Positions 26,462 to 36,039 are shown, counted from the first letter of the stretch. The stretch is DNA of 60,221 nucleotides from Candidatus Micrarchaeia archaeon (GCA_041500865.1 JBGQMY010000005.1:1-60221), one strand, 5' to 3'. Translations and numbers: made by a program. The notes: generated by a model not told the origin, from the sequence alone.

Positions 26462-28243
26462 ATGGCCGCCAAGGACATACGCTGGAGCCTCGATGACATA
26501 GCAAAAAGCGAGGAAGAGTTTTACGCTATTGTGAGCAACATCAAGGACGACACCAAGAAAATCCAAGGGTTCCGCAGCCGGCTTTCCCCGGACATGCCCA
26601 TTGAGGCGTTCAGGGAAATAGTCATGCTCGGGGAGTCGCTTAATGAGAAGATGGCGCGCGTGTCATCGTATGCCAGCCTGCTTTCCAGCGGGGACATAAA
26701 ATCCCAGAAGGCAATGAAATACTCGTCCATGCTTGACACGCTTGGCCTAGAGGTCTCCGACGCCATACGGTTCTTTTCGCACTGGATGAAGGGCAAAAAC
26801 GTAGACGGAATGAAAACGCTTGACGACGCCAACGCAAAAAGGCTTTTTGCAGCCATCCCTGAGCTGGAATATCCGATGGGCTACGCAAGGCTTGCCGCAA
26901 GGCACACGCTGCCTGAAAGGGAGGAAAGCATCATAGAGAAGAAGGAGGCCAACGGCATAGACGTGGTAAGCGAGCTGTATGACGAGATTACCAACGATTT
27001 TACGTTCATACTCAACATAAGGGGAAGGAAAAAAAGGATAGGCAATGCCGAGGAGCTCCTGAAAGTGACGTCAAGCCCGGACAGGGAAGTGAGGAAGGCG
27101 GCGTATGACGCGCTCCTTGAAACGTACCGGAACAACAGGGAAAAAATATTCACCATCTATTCCGCGATAGCAAAGGACTGGAGGATTGACTGCGGCATGA
27201 GGGATTTTTCCTCTTCCATGTCAGCAAGGAACTTCGCGAACCATGTCCCGGACGCGGCTGTTGACGCGCTGATGGCGTCCTGCGAGGCCAATGCGCCGCT
27301 GTTCCACAGGTACTTCGGAATAAAGGCCAAACTGCTCGGCATAGACAAGCTTGAGAGGCATGATGTCTATGCGCCCGTAAAAACGACAAGGGAAAGGAGG
27401 CATTCTTATGCCGAGGCAAGAAGGATGGTCTTTGATTCGCTCAACAATTTCAGCCCGTCATTCAGGAAAAAGGCGGAAAGCGTGATAAAGGCAAACCATA
27501 TTGACGTCTATCCGCGGAAAGACAAGAGGCACGGCGCCTTCTGCGCCGCAATAGCGCCAAACGTAATCCCTTATGTTCTCCTGAACTACAGCAGCAGGCG
27601 GAGGGACGTTTCCACGCTTGCGCACGAGCTGGGACATGCCGTGCACGACATCTATTCCTCAAGGCTGCCGATAAGCGCGATGCAGGCGACGCTTCCGCTT
27701 GCGGAGACGGCGTCCACGCTGAGCGAGCTGGTGCTTTTCGGCAGGATGCTGGAAAAGGCGGAAGGCGACGGGAAAATAGGGATGCTTTCGGAAAAGATAT
27801 GCGAAAGCTGGGCCACTATAATAAGGCAGTGCTATTTTGTCAAGTTTGAGAAGGCCGCGCACGAAAGGATATACGGCGAGAACATCAACGAGGAGGAGCT
27901 TAGCTCGCTTTATTACGAAACGACTAAGCCCCAGTTCGGAGACAGCGTAACCTTCAACGGGGCGTTCAGGCACGAATGGTGCCAAATCCCGCACATATTC
28001 CATGTGCCGTTCTACTGTTACGCATACAGCTTCGGAGAGCTGCTCAGCTTTGCGCTTTATTCAAGGTACAAGAAAGAAGGAACCAGCTTCATATCGTCAA
28101 TAGAGAAGATACTTTCCGCTGGCTCGAGCAGGAGCCCTGAGGCATTGCTTGAGGAGATTGGCATTGACATCCTCGACAGGCGGTTCTGGGATTCCGGGTT
28201 TGACGTTCCGAAAGGATGGATAAGCGAGATGGAAAAGGCTTAA
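26462..28243 (+). CDS. pepF: Oligoendopeptidase F (M3B)
   Basis: KRHGAFC, VLLNY, TLAHELGHAVH, LAETAST, HIFHVPFYCYAYSFG. Confidence 0.93.
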   Translation: MAAKDIRWSLDDIAKSEEEFYAIVSNIKDDTKKIQGFRSRLSPDMPIEAFREIVMLGESLNEKMARVSSYASLLSSGDIKSQKAMKYSSMLDTLGLEVSDAIRFFSHWMKGKNVDGMKTLDDANAKRLFAAIPELEYPMGYARLAARHTLPEREESIIEKKEANGIDVVSELYDEITNDFTFILNIRGRKKRIGNAEELLKVTSSPDREVRKAAYDALLETYRNNREKIFTIYSAIAKDWRIDCGMRDFSSSMSARNFANHVPDAAVDALMASCEANAPLFHRYFGIKAKLLGIDKLERHDVYAPVKTTRERRHSYAEARRMVFDSLNNFSPSFRKKAESVIKANHIDVYPRKDKRHGAFCAAIAPNVIPYVLLNYSSRRRDVSTLAHELGHAVHDIYSSRLPISAMQATLPLAETASTLSELVLFGRMLEKAEGDGKIGMLSEKICESWATIIRQCYFVKFEKAAHERIYGENINEEELSSLYYETTKPQFGDSVTFNGAFRHEWCQIPHIFHVPFYCYAYSFGELLSFALYSRYKKEGTSFISSIEKILSAGSSRSPEALLEEIGIDILDRRFWDSGFDVPKGWISEMEKA

Positions 28244-28267
28244 TTCTGTTTCAAAAAGCATGTTGGC

Positions 28268-29500
28268 GTGGTTAAAAAAAACAAACCCTTTAAAGAAAAA
28301 ACCGCCAAAACACACCAAGCCGGTGTTTCCATGGATTACGAAAGGATAGCCATAATTATTGTCGGCATTGCGGTGGTCAGCGGGGCAACGCTGCTTATTT
28401 CGAGCATGTTGAGTGGCGGGAGCCAGGCCCAGACTTACATAATAAACTATGCCCAGGGGAATGCCACCGCGACCGGCGTTGCCACAATGCTGCCCGGCGG
28501 CTCATTCAAGCTTGACAATGGCAGGCTTCTGGACGCAGCCAAGGACAATGTTTCGGTCATCAAGGTGTTGACGCCTTATGGAAACATATCAACATGCAGC
28601 TGCCGGAAATGCGAAGCCTGCCCTGCGCCCGTCAACACCTGCGCAAATGCAACGGCAATTAACAAAACCAAGGAAACGCCGTCTTGCCTGAACAACAGCA
28701 GAAAATGCAGCGCAGACAGCAGCTGCTGTTCCGGCTACTGCAACGCAACCTCAGGGACATGCGGCACGAAGCCGTTGTGCTACGGCGCCGGCGGGAAGTG
28801 CGGCGTTTCGGCAGTTGCGGCCAACGCCACGGGGTGCTGCGCCGGCCTTTTCTGCAATGCCACATCCGGGCTGTGCCAGGAGAAATGCAAGACAACCGGG
28901 ATTGCATGCGGCAAGGACACCTCATGCTGCTCGGGATACTGCAACACGGCGACCAAGCAGTGCGGTGAAAAGAACGTCTCATTCCAGTGCACGCCCAGTT
29001 ATTGCTCCAACGGCGTAGTGTACAGCGGATGCCACTGGGATTCCGACCTCGGGAGGTGCGCCTGCGACCAAAGCGCCTGCGACAGCCAGAAATGCTCAAG
29101 TGACGGGACAACGTGCGCAGCCAACACGGCATGCACGGCAAACGGCAAAAACTGCAGCTCAAGCGGCGCATGCTGCTCCAAGTACTGCAATGCGTCCTCA
29201 ATGACATGCAAGCCGTACCCGAACTGCCAAGCAAACCACTGCGAAGGCGGGGTGCTGTACAGGGACTGCGAATTTGACTTCGCGTTCAACACATGCGGCT
29301 GCAGCGGCGAATCCATATGCGCAACGCAAAGGTGCAACGCCAACGGTACTGCATGCGACGCCCAGGCGTGCCCGGCAAGCTACTGCAAGGACGGCGCCCT
29401 TTTCAACTGCACGGTAAGCGCGGCAAGCGGGGCCTGCTCGTGCGCCCAGACCGTGTGCAGAAGCCAGCAGTGCAACGCCGACGGATGGACGTGCAAGTGA
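28268..29500 (+). CDS. Membrane-anchored Cys-rich repeat protein
   Basis: N-terminal TM; knottin-like C..C....CCSGYCN repeats alternating with C.P.YC..G..C repeats. Confidence 0.8.
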   Translation: MVKKNKPFKEKTAKTHQAGVSMDYERIAIIIVGIAVVSGATLLISSMLSGGSQAQTYIINYAQGNATATGVATMLPGGSFKLDNGRLLDAAKDNVSVIKVLTPYGNISTCSCRKCEACPAPVNTCANATAINKTKETPSCLNNSRKCSADSSCCSGYCNATSGTCGTKPLCYGAGGKCGVSAVAANATGCCAGLFCNATSGLCQEKCKTTGIACGKDTSCCSGYCNTATKQCGEKNVSFQCTPSYCSNGVVYSGCHWDSDLGRCACDQSACDSQKCSSDGTTCAANTACTANGKNCSSSGACCSKYCNASSMTCKPYPNCQANHCEGGVLYRDCEFDFAFNTCGCSGESICATQRCNANGTACDAQACPASYCKDGALFNCTVSAASGACSCAQTVCRSQQCNADGWTCK

Positions 29501-29502
29501 AG

Positions 29503-29571
29503 GGAGCTTTTAGGAAAAGCTCCAGCAAAACCTTTTGGAAAAAGCTTCAGCAAAAAACGTTTTGGCTCCGC
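29503..29571. repeat. Intergenic palindromic repeat, two tandem hairpin+CAGCAAAA units
   Basis: ggagcttttaggaaaagctccagcaaaa / ccttttggaaaaagcttcagcaaaaaacg. Confidence 0.75.
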
Positions 29572-29673
29572 AGATATTCTTTTGATAAAAAGGAGATGTT
29601 CCTATTTGAACGCTTATGGCGACAATATTATAAATATAATGGTTTATGGTCTCTGCAATACATAGGTGATTGA

Positions 29674-29904
29674 ATGGTGCATGGTTTGGAAACAATGAAG
29701 AAAATGAATGATAGCGAAGCAATGAAGCAAATCAAGATGGGCAAAGGAAGGAACTTGGTTAAGCTCCCAAAAGGAGATGCCTTTGCAGTAAGGCGCTTAT
29801 TGAACAAGAGGTGGACAAAGAAGGAGCTGGGCGGGGACATTGACGTGTATGTCACGTATGCCAAAGGCAGAAAGTCTCCGTTCAGGGGAAAGGACGTGCT
29901 ATAA
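29674..29904 (+). CDS. Small basic hypothetical protein
   Basis: 76-aa ORF with GGTGA RBS and upstream TATA-like sequence. Confidence 0.55.
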   Translation: MVHGLETMKKMNDSEAMKQIKMGKGRNLVKLPKGDAFAVRRLLNKRWTKKELGGDIDVYVTYAKGRKSPFRGKDVL

Positions 29905-29950
29905 GAGCATGCCTTCTTAATTTTTAATCTAATCTTAGCAATAGCCTAAT

Positions 29951-30157
29951 TGCCTTCTTTTGAACCCAAGTGCTTTTTCTTTGGCGCCTCAGCGCTCATT
30001 ATGCTTTTTTCTTTCCGCAGGAGCCAAAAGGCTTTCTTTTTCCCCAAGTGCTTTTTCTTTGCAAAGAAAAAGGACCTTCGCCCTGGCCGGGACCTTCAGC
30101 CCGAAGGGCTGGAGGGACTTTTGCGCTTTTTTCTGCGCAAAAAGGCCGGCGCCGCAG
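29951..30157. repeat. Composite intergenic repeat cluster downstream of tRNA-Asp, including a duplicated tRNA 3' end
   Basis: tgccttcttttgaacccaag; ctttttctttgcaaagaaaaag; cgccctggccggga at 30079-30092 equals 30158-30171. Confidence 0.75.
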
Positions 30158-30229
30158 CGCCCTGGCCGGGATTCGAACCCGGATCGCAAGCGTGACAGGC
30201 TCGTATGCTAACCGTTACACTACCAGAGC
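30158..30229 (-). tRNA. tRNA-Asp: tRNA-Asp(GTC)
   Basis: rc GCTCTGGTAGTGTAACGG...GAGC-CT-GTC-AC-GCTTG...GGTTCGAATCCCGGCCAGGGCG; no CCA. Confidence 0.96.
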
Positions 30230-30316
30230 AAGCGAGATTATTCGCATGGGAAATGCTTTTAAACCGTTCCCCTGGCCCTGAATAGGGATAAAAAGGCCTG
30301 CGCCCAATCGCCTCTG

Positions 30317-30997
30317 ATGAATCCCGAGGATGCGCTGGAGTCCAGCATGGGCAAGGACGGGCTGGAAGCAAAAATCAAGGAGAAGATGGAGGAGCTTTCG
30401 GGCCTTGTTGACAGGGAGAAAGCAATAGGCCTCATCGCAGAGGAAAGGGGGCTCACAGGCACCGGTTTTGTTGGCATAAACGAGCTCAGGGACGGCATGA
30501 AGGGCTTCAGCCTAAAGGCAACAGTTGATTACGTCTCGGACACTGTAAAGACGCCCAAAACCAGCTTTAGGGACGTTGGAATATTCAACGAAGAGGGAAA
30601 GGCGGTTTTGCGGTTTTGGAGGACGCAGTATGAAAAGCATAGGCTGGTGCATGGCGACGAGGTTCTGCTCAGGGGCTGCAACTTCGCCTTTGGCGCGGTC
30701 CAGCTTGGCTACGACGGCTCAATAACGGTGCTGAAAAGGGCAGGGTTCAAGGCATTGGACGCCGTGGAAAAGGAAGGCATCTATAACCTCAGGGGGAGGC
30801 TACAGAAGAAGGACGAGGGCTATGTCCTTACAGGGGAAGGGAAAGAGCTGCCGACAGACACTGAATCAGGGGCCTTTGAGGGAGAGGCCCTGCTTGAGCG
30901 GTTCAGCTGGGACGGCAAGGTTCTCAGGCGGACGGCCCACAGTAGGATATTTAAAAAGTTGCCCAGCGTAAGGGATAATGCTGCGGAAGCCCCGTAG
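30317..30997 (+). CDS. RPA/SSB-like OB-fold protein
   Basis: N-terminal helical KIKEKMEELSGLVDREKAIGLIAEERG followed by an OB fold (INELRDG...LRFW...VQLG). Confidence 0.7.
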   Translation: MNPEDALESSMGKDGLEAKIKEKMEELSGLVDREKAIGLIAEERGLTGTGFVGINELRDGMKGFSLKATVDYVSDTVKTPKTSFRDVGIFNEEGKAVLRFWRTQYEKHRLVHGDEVLLRGCNFAFGAVQLGYDGSITVLKRAGFKALDAVEKEGIYNLRGRLQKKDEGYVLTGEGKELPTDTESGAFEGEALLERFSWDGKVLRRTAHSRIFKKLPSVRDNAAEAP

Positions 30998-31060
30998 TCT
31001 AGCGGTTAAGGATATCAGGCTCTGGACCTGGGGACCCCGGTTCGAATCCGGGCGGGGCTA
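30988..31060 (+). tRNA. tRNA-Gln: tRNA-Gln(CTG)
   Basis: AGCCCCGTAGTCTAGCGG...TCAGG-CT-CTG-GA-CCTGG...GGTTCGAATCCGGGCGGGGCTA. Confidence 0.96.
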
Positions 31061-31182
31061 AGTCCTTTTTCTTTGCGAAGAAAAATCACTTGGGGAAAAA
31101 GAAAGCATTTTGGCGCCTGTGGGCGCTAAACCGTTTCCTGGCTTTCCGGATGAGAACCGGAGGCGAGAATCCGGGCGGGTTA
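31061..31182. repeat. Intergenic repeat downstream of tRNA-Gln ending in a partial copy of the tRNA 3' end
   Basis: gtcctttttctttgcgaagaaaaatcacttggggaaaaagaaagc nearly identical to the rc element after the tRNA-Asp duplicate; gaatccgggcggg repeated at 31167. Confidence 0.75.
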
Positions 31183-31216
31183 GGGGTTTTTAACTTCTTT
31201 TTAGCATAATTTAAGC

Positions 31217-31818
31217 ATGGAACAAAGGAAGAGAGAACCAATGATTCGCAGGATTGCGCAAAAGGCAAGGGCACTGCTCCTGCGCAAGCCAAAAGCCGAG
31301 GGAGCAAAAAGGATAAGCAGGGTAGAACAAAGATATTGGATGAAAAGATTTATGACATTTCATTCATTAAGAGCTTTGGTGAAGAATACCTTGGCGAGTT
31401 CCAAAGGCTATTGAAAGCGGGGGCGAATCCGGACATAAGAGATGAAAAAGGCAGAACCCCTTTAATGGGCGCTGCGCAATCCCAGGACATCCAGTTTGTA
31501 AAGGCTTTGCTTGAGCATGGGGCGGATGTGAATGCAAAAGACAATGACGGCACCGCTGCGCTGAATTATGCAGGATTTGATGGGATATTCCAATGGCATT
31601 ACTGCAGAAAGTACAAAAACCTGGCAGAAACTGTCATGCTTCTGCTGGCAAACGGAGCCAAAACCAGCAAAAAGAACAAGGAGATGATGGCATCGTTTGA
31701 GACTGAAAAAGGCTCTCCGGAATACCGCGTGAAGGCAATGGCTGAATTTGCCGGATACGTTGGATATGATAATTACAGTAGCTTTTTAGCCAATTTCAAG
31801 GAATGCATAGGCAGATAG
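31217..31818 (+). pseudogene. Ankyrin-repeat gene (ank4) split by an apparent 1-nt frameshift near 31328-31332
   Basis: ORF 31217 holds the basic leader. ORF 31336 holds ankyrin repeats (GRTPLMGAA, GADVNAKD) and C-terminus FLANFKECIGR. Joining gives EQKILDEK, like paralog EQKSLDSE. Confidence 0.7.
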
Positions 31819-31908
31819 CGCCAAACCAAGGGTTCGGCCATAACCGGACCGATAGCGTTTTTAACCCTCCCTTATCCAGATAACGGCATAGCTGCAATGG
31901 CAGTGTAA

Positions 31909-33351
31909 GTGGTTAAAATGGACAGGAAAAACTTTTCGGAATGGTACTCCTGGATACTAAAGGAAGCGGAACTGGTCGACATAAGGTACAATGTCAAGGG
32001 CTTTGTCGTGATAAGGCCCTGGGCTTTCTATGCGCTCAAGAAGATGTACTCAATATACGAGGCCGAGCTGGAGGCAAGGGGCCACAGCCCAGTTCACTTT
32101 CCGGCAGTCATTCCTGAATCCAACCTAAAGAAGGAAGAGGAGCACATCAAGGGCTTCGGCGAGGAGGTTTTCTGGGTCGAAAAGGCAGGAAACAACCAGC
32201 TTGAGGAAAGGCTGGCATTGAGGCCGACCAGCGAGACTGCAATCTACCCGATGTACGCGCTCTGGATAAACGGCAGGAAGGATTTGCCGCTAAAACTGTA
32301 CCAGAGCGGCGCGGTCTGGAGATACGAGACAAAGGCAACGCGCCCCCTCATAAGGCTCAGGGAATTCCTTTGGATAGAGAGCCACTGCGTTTTCCCGACA
32401 AAAGAGGACGCCGAAAAACAGATAACCGAGGATGTGGAAATCGCTAACGACGTAATAGGCGAAAGCTTCGGCATACCATCCATATTTTTTGAAAGGCCGC
32501 AGTGGGATAAGTTTGCAGGCGCGGAAAACACATATGCGGCAGACACGCTGATGCCTGACGGAAAAGTATTGCAGGTATGGACAACGCATATGCTGGGCCA
32601 GAATTTCTCAAAGCCGTTCGGGATAAAATTCAGCGACAATGACGGCAAGGAGAAATTTGCATGGCAGACAACGTGCGGGCCTGGCATGTCGAGGTTCCTT
32701 GCTGCGCTAATAGCGATTTACGGCGACGACAAGGGCATCATATACCCATACCACCTGTCGCCGGTGCAGGCAGTGGTTGTGCCCATTTACAAGGGCGAAA
32801 ACAGGGAAAAGATAGACAGATACGTGAACGCGTTGTTGAACGAACTGAAAAAGGCCGGCATAAGGGCGCATTATGACACTTCAGACAATACTCCTGGGTT
32901 CAAGTACAACCAATGGGAGATGAAAGGCGTTCCCATAAGGCTGGAGATAGGCGAAAGGGAAGTGGACGCCAACAAGGCAGTCCTGGTATGCAGGGACACA
33001 AGGGAAAAGAGGACAGTGGAAATAAAGGGCATCGAAAAGGAGATAGAAAAGGCGGGAAAGGACATGTTTGAAAGGCTGAAAAAGGCTGCAACGGAAAGGC
33101 TGGAAAAAGGCATGGACAGGGCAGAAGACATGGACAAATTGGGAAAGCTGCTTGAGGAAGGGAAAATCGTCAGGGTGCCGTTCTGCTCGCTGGGCATGGA
33201 CGGGAAGCCCTGCTATGAAAAGATAAAGGACAAGCTCAAAGCCGAAGTAAGGGGAAGCATGCTCAGCGAAAAGGAGAAGCCCAAAGGCAGGAAGTGCGTG
33301 GTGTGCGGCGAAGAGGCGCAGCACTACGCGTATGTCGCGAGGCAATACTGA
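31909..33351 (+). CDS. proS: Proline--tRNA ligase (archaeal/eukaryote-like)
   Basis: LALRPTSET, REFLWIESH, LGQNFSKPF, WEMKGVPIRLEIG, C-terminal CVVCG...ARQY. Confidence 0.98.
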   Translation: MVKMDRKNFSEWYSWILKEAELVDIRYNVKGFVVIRPWAFYALKKMYSIYEAELEARGHSPVHFPAVIPESNLKKEEEHIKGFGEEVFWVEKAGNNQLEERLALRPTSETAIYPMYALWINGRKDLPLKLYQSGAVWRYETKATRPLIRLREFLWIESHCVFPTKEDAEKQITEDVEIANDVIGESFGIPSIFFERPQWDKFAGAENTYAADTLMPDGKVLQVWTTHMLGQNFSKPFGIKFSDNDGKEKFAWQTTCGPGMSRFLAALIAIYGDDKGIIYPYHLSPVQAVVVPIYKGENREKIDRYVNALLNELKKAGIRAHYDTSDNTPGFKYNQWEMKGVPIRLEIGEREVDANKAVLVCRDTREKRTVEIKGIEKEIEKAGKDMFERLKKAATERLEKGMDRAEDMDKLGKLLEEGKIVRVPFCSLGMDGKPCYEKIKDKLKAEVRGSMLSEKEKPKGRKCVVCGEEAQHYAYVARQY

Positions 33352-34325
33352 TGGCAATGCACGAGATGTGCAGGCTGGACTACCTTGTGCTGGAAAAGGA
33401 GCTTAAGAAATTGGAGGGCTCGTTCTTCAACAAGGCCTTCTGGCATGACAACAACGTGTTCAGGATAAGGCTGAACAAGGGGAACGTCACGTTTGAGCTT
33501 GGCAAATGGGCAATGGCAGAGAAACTGGAGGGTGAAGTTAAGGAGCACCCCTTTTCCGACCTTCTTAGGAAGGAGCTTGACAACCAATACCTTGAGAAGG
33601 TGGAGGTCGTTGACGGCGACAGGCTGCTGAAGATGAGGTTCAGGACAGCGACGCTGTACGTTGAGATGTTCGGCAGGTCAAAGGCCGTGCTTGTGAGCAG
33701 CGAAGGGAAGATAATGGGGTTCTTTGTCAAGGACAACAAGGAGGAGCTGGAAATCGGGCAGGACTACAGGGTTCCTGGGACAATGCCGCTGGACGCAGCA
33801 TTGTACATCAAGGACGCTGAAGGAAAGCCAATTGGCGCGATATTGGCAAGGATGGTCGGAAAGTTATATTCAAAATACATGCTGGAAAAGGAAGGCATAA
33901 TGGAAAGCTCAATGGACTATAAGGCCGGGGCGCTGGATTCATTGACTAAGAAATGGCTTGCATTGGCGAAACCATGCATAAAGCCGGATTTCTCGGACTA
34001 TGCCGTGCTGCCGGTCTTTGAAAATGCGGCAGAAGAGGAAAGCGTCTCAATGGCAATAAAGAAATGCCTGGAAAACGCGGAAAAGGAGAATCCTGAGCTG
34101 CTCAAGCTGAAGAAGTCCAGGGAAAGGATGCTTGAGTCCATAACCGAGTATGGCAGGAAGGCGGACGAGTTCAGGGCAAAGGGCGACTTCATATACGCCA
34201 ACTACGAGGAGGCTGAAAAGGCGCTCCTGCACGCAAAAGGCATGGAAATGGACGACTTTTTAAGGAAGAGGAAGGCGACCTTCGACAGGAAGGAAAAGAC
34301 CGTCGAGCTGGACATGGGAGGTTAG
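33351..34325 (+). CDS. NFACT/Rqc2 (RqcH)-like protein, N-terminal part only
   Basis: MCRLDY...ELKKLEG; DRLLKM; LYVEMFG; YRVP; KGDFIYANY; no recognisable C-terminal NFACT-R domain. Confidence 0.7.
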   Translation: MAMHEMCRLDYLVLEKELKKLEGSFFNKAFWHDNNVFRIRLNKGNVTFELGKWAMAEKLEGEVKEHPFSDLLRKELDNQYLEKVEVVDGDRLLKMRFRTATLYVEMFGRSKAVLVSSEGKIMGFFVKDNKEELEIGQDYRVPGTMPLDAALYIKDAEGKPIGAILARMVGKLYSKYMLEKEGIMESSMDYKAGALDSLTKKWLALAKPCIKPDFSDYAVLPVFENAAEEESVSMAIKKCLENAEKENPELLKLKKSRERMLESITEYGRKADEFRAKGDFIYANYEEAEKALLHAKGMEMDDFLRKRKATFDRKEKTVELDMGG

Positions 34326-34328
34326 ACC

Positions 34329-35195
34329 ATGAAATTCAATGTGCTGGGGGAAGAGATAAGCGTTGAATGGGGTCACGTATTTTCCGTTGCAGGCGTGATG
34401 CTAATATCTGCAGTCCTGACGGCGCTTATATCAATGCTCCTGCCATTTATCGAAGATAATGCCAGCATTATGCAGGGATTGGATTTCCTATTAAACATAG
34501 CACAGCCATTTTACCCTGCGGCTTTCGCTTTTATCGCAATTGCCATTGCCATTGGCATATTCAAAATGAAGAAAGATGCCGCCTTGTGCCGGTCCATTGT
34601 CGGAGCATTTCTTCTTGTTGGTTTGGGAATTGCCCTTTTGGGCGCGATAAGCTATGTGGAGCCTATCTTATCATATCATCCAAAAGAGGTGATATTATAT
34701 GCTATACAGACTGGCTTAACCTATTTGATCGACATGCTGATAGGCGCCATGATGATATACATTTGGATGCTGGCTGTATCCGCGCCAGACATGCAAAAAG
34801 CCAGGAAAATGGCAGCCCCAGCTGCGGTTTTTGCGTTGATAATGTACGCCATTTCAATACTTCCAATGCTGATCGGTGTTGCGGAAGGGCAGTACATCCC
34901 CTATTACCTACTCTACTCTATTGCCACGACACACACTTTCATCTATCTTCTATCGCACTTTGTCTTCGGCTTCATCATATTATATCACATATGGGGCAAT
35001 AAGCTTGAGAATATGGCATACCTCTTTGCAGCGTTGTATCTGCTCTCGCCGGTCGTGGCGATGGCAGGCGATTTCCTGTCATATGGGATTCTTGATGCAT
35101 GGGCGACTCTGGCAGCCATAGTGAAACTAACCGTGCTTTACTGCATCAGCCGCCCCGACCTAAAGGACAGATTTGACAAGCTCCTCGGGATTTAG
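34329..35195 (+). CDS. Multi-pass membrane hypothetical protein
   Basis: About 8 hydrophobic segments; AT-richer codon usage. Confidence 0.7.
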   Translation: MKFNVLGEEISVEWGHVFSVAGVMLISAVLTALISMLLPFIEDNASIMQGLDFLLNIAQPFYPAAFAFIAIAIAIGIFKMKKDAALCRSIVGAFLLVGLGIALLGAISYVEPILSYHPKEVILYAIQTGLTYLIDMLIGAMMIYIWMLAVSAPDMQKARKMAAPAAVFALIMYAISILPMLIGVAEGQYIPYYLLYSIATTHTFIYLLSHFVFGFIILYHIWGNKLENMAYLFAALYLLSPVVAMAGDFLSYGILDAWATLAAIVKLTVLYCISRPDLKDRFDKLLGI

Positions 35196-35261
35196 ACGGA
35201 CATTAAAAGGGAACGGCAGGGTTAAAAACAGTTGCAGCCAATATGGCAAATGGCGATTTGA

Positions 35262-35513
35262 ATGCCTGCAACCGGGGAGAAACTGAGGAAGAAGGATGAC
35301 TTCGGAAGCATTGAGAGGCAGCTATTCCTGATTTCCGAGAAGATAGAGAAAAGGATTGGGAAGGGGCAGGCCGAGCACCGCATCGCCGGCGTCAAGATAA
35401 CAAAGACGCCCGAGATAAGGATATCCTTCCAGAGGAACATGGGCCAGGCCAAGGCAGCGGCCGAGAAGCTGAGGGAGTGCCTTGACAAGGGGGCGCTGGA
35501 GAGGTGGGCATGA
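35262..35513 (+). CDS. Hypothetical protein
   Basis: 83-aa ORF whose stop overlaps the next start. Confidence 0.6.
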   Translation: MPATGEKLRKKDDFGSIERQLFLISEKIEKRIGKGQAEHRIAGVKITKTPEIRISFQRNMGQAKAAAEKLRECLDKGALERWA

Positions 35514-35887
35514 TGGCGGCCCAGAAGAAGGAGTTCAGGCCGTTCGAGAAGGTGCCCTTCGAGGCGAAGAAGAGGATAATAGACCTTTGGAAGTTCATGA
35601 GGCAGGAGGACAAGGAGCATTTCATAAACCAGGTAGCTCTCGCGCTTTCAATATGGGGCTCTGACGACCAGGGAAAGACGATGGTCGCGCGCGTCATGGA
35701 GATACTTGTCAAGGACGGCAGCAAGAACCTCTCGGATTTCGGCATTTACATAGACAAGCTGATGCTGGTTGAGCAGGACAAGGCACTGGAAAGCAGGGGC
35801 AACGAGATAGTCAAAGTGATAGAGGTCGTTGACGCATACAGGATAAGGTACGAGATGAGCTCGGAGCCGCACAAGACCATATTCTAA
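35510..35887 (+). CDS. Hypothetical protein
   Basis: GAGGTG RBS, typical codon usage. Confidence 0.7.
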   Translation: MMAAQKKEFRPFEKVPFEAKKRIIDLWKFMRQEDKEHFINQVALALSIWGSDDQGKTMVARVMEILVKDGSKNLSDFGIYIDKLMLVEQDKALESRGNEIVKVIEVVDAYRIRYEMSSEPHKTIF

Positions 35888-36035
35888 AGCCCCTTTTCTT
35901 TCGTAAGGGAACCAAGGTCCCATTGAAGCCTTTTGGGAAAAGGCTTCAGCGAAAAACGACGAAGCTCAACCTTCCTTTTCTTAGGCCCTCGGGTTCAAAA
36001 GAAGGCATTGGGAAAGCTTCAGCAAAAAAACCTCG
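35887..36035. repeat. Intergenic palindromic repeat family copy
   Basis: gaagccttttgggaaaaggcttcagcgaaaaac; gggttcaaaagaaggca (17 nt identical to rc 29951-29967); aaagcttcagcaaaaaaac. Confidence 0.75.
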
Positions 36036-36039
36036 TGGT

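Noticed and set aside
29503-30157. Repeat cluster as a CRISPR array
   Set aside because: No constant repeat with regularly sized unique spacers, and no cas genes in the window.
29950-30281. ORFs over the tRNA-Asp/repeat region
   Set aside because: They translate repeat and tRNA sequence and have no protein-like features.
30988-30997. Overlap of the RPA-like gene stop with the tRNA-Gln 5' end
   Set aside because: A 10-nt overlap, plausibly just genome compaction.
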